Below are positions 51,261-64,000 of a stretch of DNA of 64,000 bases, one piece after another. Origin of the DNA: Trichoplax adhaerens (lineage: Eukaryota; Animalia; Placozoa); NCBI RefSeq assembly GCF_000150275.1, contig NW_002060948.1:1759983-1823982 (forward strand), in the 5' to 3' direction. The notes beneath the pieces were generated by a model that made no database searches, was not told where the DNA came from, and saw only the letters and a list, made by a program, of their open reading frames with translations. Numbering within the stretch: position 1 is the first letter of the stretch; every line of letters starts with the position of its first letter. The position numbers and the translations under genes were made by a program.

Positions 51261-53152
51261 TATTTCTTTAATCGTCTGAAACTTGTGGAATTTATGAATG
51301 CAGGTTTTGTTTCTGTAATAGCTTTGTTCGATAATAAGTTCTCTGTACTATGGTATATTATATTTTATACATACTTATTCTATATATATATACTCGTATA
51401 TAGGCAGATTGTTAAAGTACCGATTGTATTTCTGTATACTGCTTGCAATAGTACACAAGCTATGATTATGGAAATTATAGAATTGCTTTTCCACAAAGAT
51501 CCAGTGGGTTAATGACATAATTTGAATAGTAGCATACCTTCATTTATCAAAACCATTCTGGTATTAAGAATGACATACTTTCCGCTTTGTGTACAAACGA
51601 ATTTTGTTACATTTTGTTAACAGCACTATACGCGTACGTAGTACCGGACTTTATATCATTTTTCTTGTATTGCAGTTTACACTTTCTACGCTCTGTTTAC
51701 ATTATGGTCATTAGAATCTTGATAGATTTAAGTATCCTACTTGCGCTATAAATAACGTACAATTAAATAATCAATTGCGATTGAATTGATTGTACTATGT
51801 ACAGTATCCTAAGATTGCATCTAATTTTAGTATTGTTAGGGTTGAAGGTATTCCTAGGCAAGCATACGCTTAGAATACTCATATAACAAATTAAGCAATT
51901 CTGTTAATATTTCCCGCCAAGATATTAGTTGTGTATAACGTATTAACTATAGTTACGATTTAAGCTTGGATTGAATCTATAGAATACGCAGCGATAGTAT
52001 ACTTCATGCAGTAGTTTAAAGTGCAAAAGTTGCTCTGTCTTTATATAACAAATGGAATTGTGTTTTTCCTTTATCCATGTTATTGATTCATTGATAACGG
52101 ACCATTTAGCATTTTACACATCCATAAAATACTATGAAGTAAATAAATTGTGAATGCTATCGTATTATTATTGTAAGTAATGATGCTGTAATTAACGAGA
52201 TTGTATTGTTAGTAACAGGTCATATTGGGCCTAACGGGTTTCTCAGTTTTACCCAATAAATTTATTTTTATTTCATTGATAGTAACTGCGGAGCAAGCAC
52301 ACATTGCAATCGATTTTCTATCCTTTCATCCTCAAGCGTAATTTAAATATCATGTTGTTTGAAAGGGTTGCTATTTTATTCTATCACCTACAGTTGTGTA
52401 TGCCGGGAATATTTGTATTTTATAGAAATAGATGTTCTACATATTGCAGGAGCGACAAGTTAGTTACAATACCATGATAACCGTAGTCAATTTTCCGATT
52501 TTCCTTCTTCGCTCATATACTCGTATAAGTGTTCAGAACTGGTCGATGACGAGTAATCTGCCTTAATACATAGACTCCTCGACTCTAGTGTGAAGAAAGA
52601 GATGATTTCATTGAAGTTGTGCGCGACTTTCTATACCTTACTTATGTATACCAGTAACACTTCTATTTCGTTAGAATATCATTATAAGGGGATGCTCGAT
52701 TCTATAATTGTCTTATTTTACTTAATTAAGTAATATTTCACGTTATCAATGTTCTTGAAGGAGTAGAAGTGATTACGAAATATTGACACAGAAGATTTGA
52801 TACTGACTGGAAGTAACTTAATTTTCGAAATTTCTACCCATTTGATCGAAAAGTCTGTCCGTCTGAGAGTTTCCTTCTACAGTCGTGCATTATGTCTATT
52901 GTAAGGGTCAGAGCAGGGACTACTCGACCTATATCATGGATCTCTCGAATCGAGGGATTCTACAGGTCCATGCCCATATTCACTCACTTTCACCCCGTTA
53001 CAGTCCTCCTCAGACAAAATTGGATTTTCAACTGTTTTGCCTCTTCCCTACCTTAGTCAAAATTCAGCCGATTTTCTAGTAAAAAAGAAAGCCATAGCAT
53101 GACCAATTGGCCATAAACACTGCTATTTAGTTGTCCAAGGTAGTGTACAGCG

Positions 53153-53450
53153 ACAGGACCAGTACAGAACCACTTCATTGCGTCTAGCCATTTGTCCTGA
53201 CGTCCTGACTTCCGTCAACTTGAGTGTAAAAGAGAGAAGAGTAGTACCAGTACAGTACCAGATCCGTCCCAGTACAGGACCAGTACAGAACCACTTCATT
53301 GCGTCTAGCCGCTTGTCCTGACGTCCTGACTTCCGTAAACTTGGGTGTAAAAGAGGGAAGTGTAGTACCAGTACAGTACCAGTACAGTACCAGTACATGG
53401 CAGCTTGCCGCTTGTCCTAACTTTCGTCAACTTGAGTGTAAAAACAGAGG
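53153..53450. repeat. ~121-bp tandem repeat (2 full copies and 1 partial) with CAGTAC/CAGTA runs, upstream of NUDT14
   Basis: ACAGGACCAGTACAGAACCACTTCATTGCGTCTAGCC..TTGTCCTGACGTCCTGACTTCCGT.AACTTG.GTGTAAAAGAG at ~53153 and ~53274, with a partial third copy at ~53407. Confidence 0.88.
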
Positions 53451-53931
53451 AAGAGAAAATCTTTCATACAGAGTGCTGGACGCTACCGCGTACATCAGTA
53501 GTAGCCCTTACATAACTTTAGGGGTCAGCAGAGGTTGACGTTGAAGCAGCATGTGCTTGCTGGTCCGGTCTGCCCACATGCGTAGACAGCCCCCCCACGA
53601 TCCACTTCCAAGCCATACTGTAGCCTATAGTTGTAATCACCGCGGAAGGGTGGCACTATTAAGGCGCGGCGACCTCATCTGGCGTTCTTGCATACTAGGT
53701 CTCGAGGTCTAGCAAACTGATTTGCTTCGCCATTCATTCAATTTTGTCTTTCCACTGTAGTCTAGGCTAAAATCTTGATTGATTCTCCATTTTTATCGAC
53801 TACCAACACATTGGACAAGGTGCAATACAACCCAATTTATGTGATACCCTGGTAATCCATTGAAATCAAGTACGAAATTGGGGTTCAATTGGACCTGACT
53901 GCAGTGAACAGAATTCTCGGACAGAGGCAAA

Positions 53932-56900
53932 ATGGATCAAATTCGAAATGTCATCGTTGGCCCTTGCGGCGATTCTGCATTTGTTAAACCACGTAGATTA
54001 ACATTTGAACAAGTAAGTGAGGACTGCTTCCATGACCAAAATAATTGAAAATCGAGAACAAGTTGTGTATAGGCTTGTCACGTTTAGTTGTGTAGCCGTT
54101 GATGTTGTTGATGTTCTGGATATTGACGCTGGAGGAGGAGGATGATGAATTTGGTTAGTATCGAAAATACGCCTAATGTTGGTGCCACCAACATATTACT
54201 TGTACGAGATGGTCGAAAAAATGGCCTACAGCAGAGCTCCATTTACTGTAGTAATATTGTGCCACTCTCTTCCACTTTACTGAACTAATTTGATTTCGTA
54301 CCTGACTTGAATCGTGTCAAAGGATAGGAGATCCATGATGTTGATTGGGAATACTGTACTTGCACCCGCCTGGGCATCACCATCAAAAATCAAAAGCTGG
54401 CTAGTCGATATACACTGCACTCTCAGGTCTCAACCATGACTTGTACTGTTTACAAGGACTCTTGATTTGATGCTTGTGGAATAAATGACTTGTAGGACAT
54501 GCAATCATGTTGTTTTCCATCTTATAGTACACGTTTATCCACATTCCTTGCTGTATAAAAGAGTTTTCACGTTGATCCTGTGGAGCTTTTTAGTCTAGCA
54601 ATTCTCCATGCATACGCTTGGCATGATTTGCATGTTAAATTAGATACTCAACGCTCTCAGTTTTACAGTATACGGCCGGAATAAATGACTTGTGGGACGT
54701 AGAATCACCTTTTTTCCATCTTATTTTTCACGTTATCTACTTTCCTTGTTGTGTAGAAGAGTTCTCCGTTTGATACGGTAAAAGTTTTTTGTAGAGCAAT
54801 TCTATATACAAGACGTACAATCACGTTTTTACCACCTTATTTTCCATGTCGTCAACTTAGCTGTCGAGAAGAGCTCTCTCACTTTGATGCTCGTAGAATG
54901 AATGATTTGAACGACGTGCAATCACGCTTTTCCACCTTATTTTTCATGTCATCAACTTTCCTTAAGAGCTCTCAGTTTGATGCTTATGGAATAAGTCAAG
55001 AAGTCAAAAGTATACGCGTGTATTACGCCATCCAATTTGGTAAATGCTGTAAAGAGAGAAATAACGCTAATCCTCTTCTAGATAGGCTAAGCGATATGTT
55101 ATAGACGATATACACCGCCATTGTTATGCCACAATATTTGCATTTATATGCGTCAATATATTTCATCATAACACATCCATTCTAGGGTAATAGCCGTCAG
55201 GAATCCATGAATGTCTTTATACTTACATAAATAATTTTATACTTTTCTTGTAGAACGGAAGGAAAAGGCAATGGGATTATATCATTATGCACGACAGGTA
55301 GGGTCCAAAATTTCATTACAGTATATGGAAACAATCATAGATTAACTCAGTTAAGCCTTATACTTTATAGGATAAAAAGGAGATTATTTTTAAAATTTCA
55401 TCGAGAAACACTTTTTGTTTCTTAAACTTGCATGCGATCTTGACTAGAACAAGGTCAAATTAGATTCTTTACTAAATCAGTAACATTTTTATCTCGTTAT
55501 ATGCATAGCGTTATAATAGAATGCTTGAAAATGTTGTAATTTTGGCTAGCATGACTTAGCCATGACATAGATCTGAAAATTATACGAAGATGTATTCGTA
55601 TTGTGTGTCATTATATATACAATGATAAGAAGATAATTGCTAATGGCTATTTTCTTGATTACTACCTTAATATAAACTGGTCAGCGTATCCATCCTGCTG
55701 TTGAATACTACCAGACAAGCTTTTATTTTGGTGAAACAATTGAGACCAGGTAATGTATAATACGGTCTTTATAAGTTAAATATTGGATGCGCAGCTTAGT
55801 TAAAATTCAGTTCTGGATCGTTTTTAACACATTGATGTTGCAGCGATACTGTAGAACCTACAGTAGTTCCTGGTAATTCCTTCATGTTAATATTATACTT
55901 ACTAGTTGAAACCTCTGATCTTGATACTTCGCATTAATCATGCTCGTTAATAAGCAAATTTAAACTATTTGACATTGATATCATGGAAGTTAGTGTTTTA
56001 AGTTAATGATAGGGCTGTCTTGATGAACCATTCGATACATTAGCAGTTGTCAAGACTGTAATTGTTAAGCATTTCAACGATTTGACTGTAAAATGCCGCA
56101 AGGTAGTATAATATTTATAATAGTTCTGCCATTAAGCAAACAAATTAATTCATTACAAACCATCAACAAAGTTTTAATTACTGTAATTGACATTCATATT
56201 TCACAAGTAATACCATATCATCACTGCATTAACAAACAAAGTGATACCGTAGCAGTCATCAATAACATGATCAACTTTTAATTACTTGACATTCTATCTC
56301 GTAATGCATAGCATGATGATAATGAGCCATTGAGCACCTTAATGGTCACCTTTAAATAATATTCTTGTTACCGTATAATGTTAATATCTCATAAATTAAT
56401 GCATGATGGAACCGTCATTGATAACAAACTGCAGCCGAACCCATAAAATGATTAACCCTTTGACACCGTTATCTCGTAAGATAATAGCATGATATATTGC
56501 AACGTTGAATAAATTGATACTCTAGAATCAGTAGCATGCCTAGGAATTGTTAGTAATCAATTTACCTTTCAATATCATCCCAATAGCCACGCATTTATTT
56601 AAGAAATTGCAATTTTCTTGATAATTTCCATTAGTCCTCTTTCCATATCTACATGGAGACGAGATACCATCGCTCTTAAATGACAAAGATGCCCAACCGA
56701 GACGTGAATTGCCAATGGAAATAGCTAATAATGCTATTACTTATGAATTATGTTCTGGTATTGTCGATAAAGATAAATCACTAGTTAAAATTGCGCAAGA
56801 TGAGATTCTCGAAGAATGCGGTTACTTCATCCCTGAAGATAAAATTCATCGGATTACTTCCGGTCGTCGTGTTGGCACTTCGGGTTGTAAGCAAACATAC

Positions 56901-57128
56901 TTTTACGCAGAATGTACAGACGATATGATAGTTAGTTCTGGTGGCGGTGTTGAAGCTGAAGGTGAAATGATTGATGTTTATTATTTACCCATAGATGAAG
57001 CTAGAGAGTTTATTTTCGATGATAGTCTAATTAAGCCAGCTGGTTTAATCATGGCATTTCTATGGTTTTTTCAGTATTCACCAAATTTGAATGGTATTAA
57101 TGACTTTGTTAATGCTAAAAATAAGTAG
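53932..57128 (+). CDS. NUDT14: UDP-glucose pyrophosphatase NUDT14 (Nudix hydrolase)
   Basis: Exons 53932-54012 (MDQIRNVIVGPCGDSAFVKPRRLTFEQ), 55254-55297 (NGRKRQWDYIIMHDS), 55685-55749 (VSILLLNTTRQAFILVKQLRP) and 56635-57128 (ELCSGIVDK..IAQDEILEECGY Nudix box, GGGVEAEGEMIDV). Confidence 0.95.
54465..54995. repeat. Degenerate repeat (~4 copies) in NUDT14 intron 1
   Basis: Recurring GGAATAAATGACTTG..GACGT(G/A)CAATCACG.TTTTCCA(T/C)CTTATTTT and AAGAG(C/T)T(C/T)TC...TTTGAT blocks. Confidence 0.7.
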
Positions 57129-59082
57129 CGTATGCATATTGAAACCCTTTATGGTGTATCATTGTAATTACAATTCAACATTAGACTGATGTACTTATTC
57201 TAATGCAATTAACTGTGCAACGATCTACATTTATAAAAGTATAGAAAAAATTGCGATATAATTTGAATATGTTTACGGTTAGGTTCCAAGTTCAACAGAT
57301 ATCATTGTCTAATTGTATATCACTAGTCCTGTAGTTAAATGACTTTATTATATTTATTTCGATTTGGTAACTAATAACTGAAATGAGAGCTGCTTGCTGT
57401 AATTGTCTTAAGAATAAGCTATTATCAAACCTTGTAAGTTCCTAACGAAATATTCAATTCATACAATGCTTATAGTGATGCAAAATATATTCTTAATGTA
57501 TTGCTGATTTAGGATTTATTTGTTTCAGCTAAAATCAGAAGACTACTGTACTTGCGTTTCCATTTGTTATGGACTACATCTTATTTGTAGCTTTATATCA
57601 AATTTTCATTTTAGATTTGCTACTGTTATAATAATTAAGCAAAGCAGTCGATGTTGAGTTAGATGCATACGTGTTCTTGTATATAATTTCTTATTTAAAT
57701 ATATTCTGATTAATTATTATTATCAATTTTTACGCTAAACGTTAGCTGTCTGATATATTGCGGTCTAAGCGGTATAAAATCCATACTACTAGCATTAACT
57801 ATAATTTACATCAGTAGGCAGAATCATTTCACTTTAAACAATTTATTTCGGAATTTTATATGAAAATTGATTATGATTACGTTGATAGCATACTGTATCA
57901 TGATTGTCTTATTTGCAAATTGGATTAAAAAAGATAGCAATCAAGTTAAGTCATAAATAACGGACGACTATCGACTTTAATTTGTCAGTAATAACGTGGG
58001 AAGATCACCCTATGATAACTATATATTTCATTATTTGTAGTTTATTCTTGCATGCTCTATTTCATTGCTGATTGGATTTACAAAGGTCAGTTATTACGTT
58101 ATCGCTAATAAAGTATAAGCAGTAATGATTATATTGATACTGAGAGTTTTTAAGTTATTACATTTACTAGATATTGTTAAAAGTCATGCAGTAAATGAAG
58201 TTGATACCTGGATCTGTAAGATATACTAAAACGATACTCATGGCTTAATTAACCGATCACTCACGATATTAGCAAGGATCAATTTAAACATAGTTAGGAA
58301 TTTAACTATTAATAATTTCTAGTCTAAATAAATATAACTGCCAAAACAGTACGATAAGATAGTATTTGGTAACCATAGACGATTTAAATTATGCATTCTA
58401 TTGGCATTGTTAATAAATAGTTTATCGATCATTTCCTAATTGAAATCAATCCGGAAAATATAGTATAACTAGCAATACTCATGCAGGGTAACTACAATTC
58501 AAGCAAGGAATTCAACAGTTATTTGCCAATCCTTCCGTAATGGTTGCGATCAAGTATTTCATGAATATTTTACAATAAAACCATAACCGACTTGTGCTCC
58601 TTGCCATGGTCAATCAAGATGAAATGAAGACTAGAAAGAAATTTCTAGTATAATAGTAGCTTAATGATAAAGAACATTTATAGGGAAAATTATAATAGAT
58701 TTACATCTCTACCTAGTATGTTTTATATATCTTATAGTATCGATACAACAACATTCATATCTTGGATTTTAATTTTAAACATTTCTATAAGGCAGTTACA
58801 TAATAGTATTTACAATACATGCAACAATTATATTATATACCTTGATTGTAAAAATTGTTTAATATTTACTCTGAGAGGAAATAGCTAATAGATAGTCTAT
58901 ACAGATAAATGAAACATTCATTAGTTGTTTATATATATATATAATTATGATTCATGTTTTATATACAAATATTCGTTAGAAAACACCATCAAGCGTATGC
59001 GTAAGCTAAAACTATAAGTAACAAATTTCATCAGAAAATACCGCTTTCTGTTCCGGATAAGACTACAAATTTAATTCAATGG

Positions 59083-62000
59083 TTAAGTATAATTTGTTAA
59101 TCGTTCGTATATATGGTCATCTTGCTCGTTACGTTGATTAACTGTTGCTTGGTGAGTTTGAGAATTGCGTCGGCTATTAGATGGTCGGTAATACAGGGAA
59201 TCATAAACATGTACCGATGAATCATCCGTTTGATCAAAGTTCGGATTAATATAAGCACCTGAAGAATCTTCCTTTAGTTCAAACTCCATAATAGAATCTA
59301 CATCCCCTTCCTCAGAACTAACCGATATTCGGAATTCGTTGGATCTTGTAGTAGCGTTTGAGACTGTATTATCATCTTCATCTGAATCGGATTCAAGGTG
59401 TTGATATTCACCATGAAGTGAAAAAATTGGATTACGATAAGGTTGAATCTTTTCCCGATCATGATTAACTCTACGTTTACGAAAGAGTAAGCTTTTAAAC
59501 GTCATTTTTCGTCTTCTGTGGACACAAGTATAATAGGTTGCTAGTAACGCAATGAGTATACTCCCACCCAGTCCAAAGATAATGAAAAGCATGATGGAAT
59601 GGGATTCTATTTCCAGAAAGCGGAAGGAAATAGTGTAAATTACTATTCTTAAGTACTGAAGCTATTTAGAATTTGATCATACTATTACCTCCTTTCTCTT
59701 ATATGAAATTTACTAGGTTAATGTATAGAAATAAAATAATTTTAAAGTTTACTACATGCATGCTACTACAGTAAATTAAGTTAGTGCTTATTTTACTTTC
59801 AAATCATTTTTCTCCTAGGATAACGACATGCGATGATTTTGTCAATGTTGAAATATTTTCGTTAACGTACCTTGGCCAGTGTGTTTTAGCGTACCAATAG
59901 ATGATAGGCTCAATGACTTAGATGCAGAAGTGGAAAATAAACCTGTTTGAAGAATTTTAACATTATTATAAATGTTACTAAGAAATAAATGTAATTAAAA
60001 TAGTTAGAACTATCACGGTACAAACGGTAAACATCGTCTACCTTTAACTTTAAATGAATAGGTTGCATAATGAACGAAATATTACGGCTATATCTTAACG
60101 AAGAAACCGTTTCTCTCAATATCATAGACAAGCTACTACATAATATTAATGAAAAGATTTTCTAAATTTATCTGTATCTAAACTTTAAAATATTAATTAA
60201 GGATGATTATATTTTTATTTTAGTGTTAAATAGATCTAGTTATATAAGCTAATCTTTCTCTCTTTTTATTTAGTTACCATATTTAACACGTATTGCAAGA
60301 TAACGTTTACTAAATTATTCTAATTTCTATAAATACAGCATTTTAGATACGTGTATATTCTCTTTAATTTTCTTGTGCCTTCTTTTGACTATAACAAACG
60401 TAAATAATATTTGCCTCATTCTAATTTTATATAGATGCGCTACAGTACAGTAGATATATTACTTACAGTATTTGCATACGCTAGTTTGATTATAAATATT
60501 GCAATATGAAGGTCAAATTACATTCTAATATTAAATGCCGCTACTAAATCATTTATCCAAATTCTCTACGTCTACATGTAATTGTAAAATAATAAGTATG
60601 CTCATTTTATTATGAAAGATTGATCAAGATATACTTGCCATACTGTAATTTTCAGTAACGTAATTAGGTATTCGTCTCATATCTCTACATAAGTTTAATT
60701 GTATCTTATGCCAGGACATGTTTATCCGTTCTATGTATTACTAGATATTTTATGGCAATTTTTGTTTATGTAATTGCATCTTTGCAGAACTTAGTAGCAC
60801 TCAGAACTATAAAATAATTTCTATAGAAACTAACCTTGCTGGCATAATTCTCCAATGTATCCATCGCGACATTGGCAAGTATAGTTACTTTTACCCTCTA
60901 AGCAAGTTCCACCGTTGCTACACGGATTTGGATCACATCTTTTTATTGCTGTTAAAAATGAAAACAGTTTAACAAATGTAAGATTCAATTTGTAGCTAGT
61001 GATTCCAACAGTTCACAAGAAGAATTTAATTGGTATATGAATACAAAAAAAACAAATATGTAATCTCATACCTCTTTGACATAACAGCCCCGTATAACCG
61101 GGATCGCAGTTACATTTATATCCATCTGTAAGGCTAATGCAAGTACCATAATCACCACATGCCAATGAAGGAATCAGCATGGTGCCATTAGATGTAGAAC
61201 AATAATCAATTCCTATATTTCAAGTACGAAACAACAGAAATAAAAGTTAGCTATTAAGCTTGGCAATTAATAAATTGATCGTTAAAAACAAATGGATATG
61301 GAATAGTTAAAAAGGACTAACTTTGTTCACAAAATCGGCTAGTAAATTCTTCTGTACATTTGCAGATATAACCGTTAAACTCATCTATACAACTAGCACC
61401 ATTTTGGCATTGATTTGCAAGACACTCGTCAACTTCAAGGCTGCAATCATTTGTTGTCCAGCCAGGTGGGCAATGGCATGTATAACCATTAATTTCATCA
61501 CGGCATGTAGCATTATTAAAGCATGGCATTGAAGAACATTCGTTCATATTAATTTGGCAATGAACACCAGTATAACCCAATCGACATGAACACTGATATT
61601 GGTTGATTAAGTTATGACAAGTTGCACCATGTTGGCAAGGTTGATTGGCTACTTGGCATTCATCAATATCAGTTTGACAATGGCTTCCAGTAAATCCAGG
61701 CCTAAATATGATTTAATTAATTATACAATGCAGTATTATCCATTATAAACAAGTTTTATTGGAAATGGGCTTCAATTTTTTGGTACGATCTACAACTTTC
61801 TCAGTAATTTAATGCCATCCATTACAAATTTACATAATTTAGCACACTGTTAAGTCTGACTAAATCTATTCTCATTGCAATATGTATCCTATGCAATATT
61901 ATGTGCTATACGGCAATGTTAAATAATACATAAGTTGTTCCTATTTTGTGGTCTAATTTACCTGCATTGGCAATGATAACCATTAATGGAATCATTACAT

Positions 62001-64000
62001 GTGGCATAATTGAGACATGGGTTGGATTGACATTCGTTGATTTCCAACTGGCAACGAATACCGTGGTAGCCAGATTGGCAATGGCATTGATAGCCATCAA
62101 CTAAATCAGTGCAATTACCGTTATGAAGACAAGGTTGACTAAGGCATTGATTAATGTTGGTCTCGCAATGGAGACCAGTAAAATCTTGATGGCATAAGCA
62201 ATGGTAACTGTCAACATTGTCCATACATGTGCCTTGATTTAAGCAAGGTTGGCTGTGACATTCATTGATATTAATTTCGCAGTGTCGACCAGTAAAGCCA
62301 GATTGACATTGGCAAGAATAATTTGCTTGCAAATCGTGGCATTTGCCACCATTTAAGCAATAATTATCTTCATGAAGACATTCATTAATATCATTTTGGC
62401 ATTGATTACCAACATAACCAGGTTGGCATTGGCATTGATAGCCGTTAATTAAATCGACGCATTGGCCACCATGTTGACATGGTAAAGATGCACATTCGTT
62501 AATATTAACTTGACAGTTTCGATCGATAAAACCACGCTGGCAACGACAAATATATTGGCGGATTAAATCTTCACATTGGCCGTGAACACAAGGTGAACTT
62601 AAGCATTCATTAATTTCATTTTGACAGCGTTGACCTTGATAACCAGTTCCATTACAATCACATCGATATTGATTAATGCCTTGATAGCATAATCCACGAT
62701 GTAAACATGGTGAACTTTGGCATTCATCAATATCATGTTGGCATTGCTTACCATCGTAACCTAATGGACACTGGCAGCTATAATCAGCTAATAAATCTTG
62801 GCAATGGCCACCATTTTGGCAAGGTCGGCTTTGGCATTCATCTATTTCAACATGGCAATTTCTACCGGTATAACCAGGTCGGCAATGGCACTGATAGGAA
62901 TGAATGCCATCAATGCAAATACCTCCATTTTGACATGGTTTGCTATGACATTCGTTAATGTTGATTTGGCAGTCAGATCCATTATAACCAGGCTGGCATT
63001 GGCAATGGTATCCTTGAGCAAGATCACTACATATACCACTGTGTTGGCATGGTGCATCAGCACAACTATCGATACAAGATTTGCCTTTAATACCCCTAGG
63101 GCAATCGCATTGATAATCATCTACTAAATCGCTACATTTTGCATTAGAATGGCATGGATTAGGTGTACAATCGTCAATATTAATTTGGCAATTTTTGCCT
63201 GTATAACCTGCTTGGCATATGCATTGATATTGATTCAATAAATTTAAGCAAGTACCATTATGATGGCAGGTATGATATTGACATTCATCAATATCACTTT
63301 GGCAGTGGATACCTGTATAGCCAGGTTTGCATAAGCATCGATATTGATTGATTTGATCGATACATTGGCTATTATGGAGACATGGAGAGCTAGCGCATTC
63401 ATCGATATTAATTTGACAATTTTGACCCATAAATCCAGCTGGACATTGGCATTGATATTGATTCACTAAATCTCGACATTGACCACCATGATAACATGGT
63501 ACTGATTGGCATTCATTGATATCACTTTGGCAACTATTACCTGTAAATCCTGGCCTACAATAGCATTGATAGCCATTTAACTGATCTTGGCATGTGCCAT
63601 TATTTAAGCATGGTGAACTTGCACATTCATTAATTTCAGTTTGGCATGATTTACCCGTATAACCTGATTGGCATGAGCAATGATAATCATTTACTAAATC
63701 ACTGCAATTGCCATGAATGCATGGCGCTGAAAAACATTCATCGTGATTGATTTGGCAATTGAATCCGCCATAACCTGGTTGGCATGAGCATCGATATGAA
63801 TTCGCTAAATCATGGCACGTTGCTCCATGTTGACAAGGCTGAGAGCCGCACTCATTAATATCCAGCTCACATTTTTTACCTGTATAACCTTTTGCACATG
63901 CACATTGATAAAAGTTGAATTGATTGATGCAGATTGCATTATTTTGGCATGGATTACTGGTACATTCGTTGATATCTATATTACAACTTCGACCTTTTAC
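59083..64000 (-). CDS. Single-pass membrane protein with at least 23 Notch-type calcium-binding EGF repeats; 5' end outside the window
   Basis: Exons: >64000-61962 (18 EGF repeats, (D/N)(I/V)(D/N)EC..PC), 61701-61322 (3 EGF), 61212-61072, 60948-60835, 59942-59871 (S/T-rich stalk) and 59606-59083 (TM MLFIIFGLGGSILIALLATYYTCV, stop-transfer HRRRK, ~145-aa tail). All junctions are phase-consistent. Confidence 0.92.

Noticed and set aside
59083-64000. Calling the EGF gene Notch or Crumbs
   Set aside because: No LNR or ankyrin domains, no laminin-G domain in the visible part, and no GTYSPS or terminal ERLI motif (ERL is followed by TNYT).

Overview
Strongly AT-rich eukaryotic (metazoan) genomic DNA with compact, intron-rich genes and short GT-AG introns. 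Composition and gene architecture suggest an early-branching animal such as the placozoan Trichoplax; this is inference, not verified. By manual splicing I recover 11 genes. In order: three RDH11/12-type short-chain dehydrogenases; a secreted protein made only of LDL-receptor class A repeats (mostly cationic, with one degenerate and one dead repeat exon); a probable ETAA1-like ATR activator; an orphan RGG/low-complexity protein head-to-head with AVEN; intronless C6orf120; a C2H2 zinc-finger gene head-to-head with a ~51-exon UBR1/2 N-recognin (one GC-AG intron); NUDT14; and the 3' part of a single-pass receptor with at least 23 Notch-type EGF repeats. I saw no tRNA, rRNA, CRISPR array or transposase. 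The most interesting observations are (1) an ETAA1-like gene, a family usually described from vertebrates, (2) dense self-complementary (GTAC[A/T])n pentamer arrays at the 5' ends of the housekeeping-type genes, and (3) the cationic LDLa-only secreted protein. All homology calls come from remembered motifs, not database searches.
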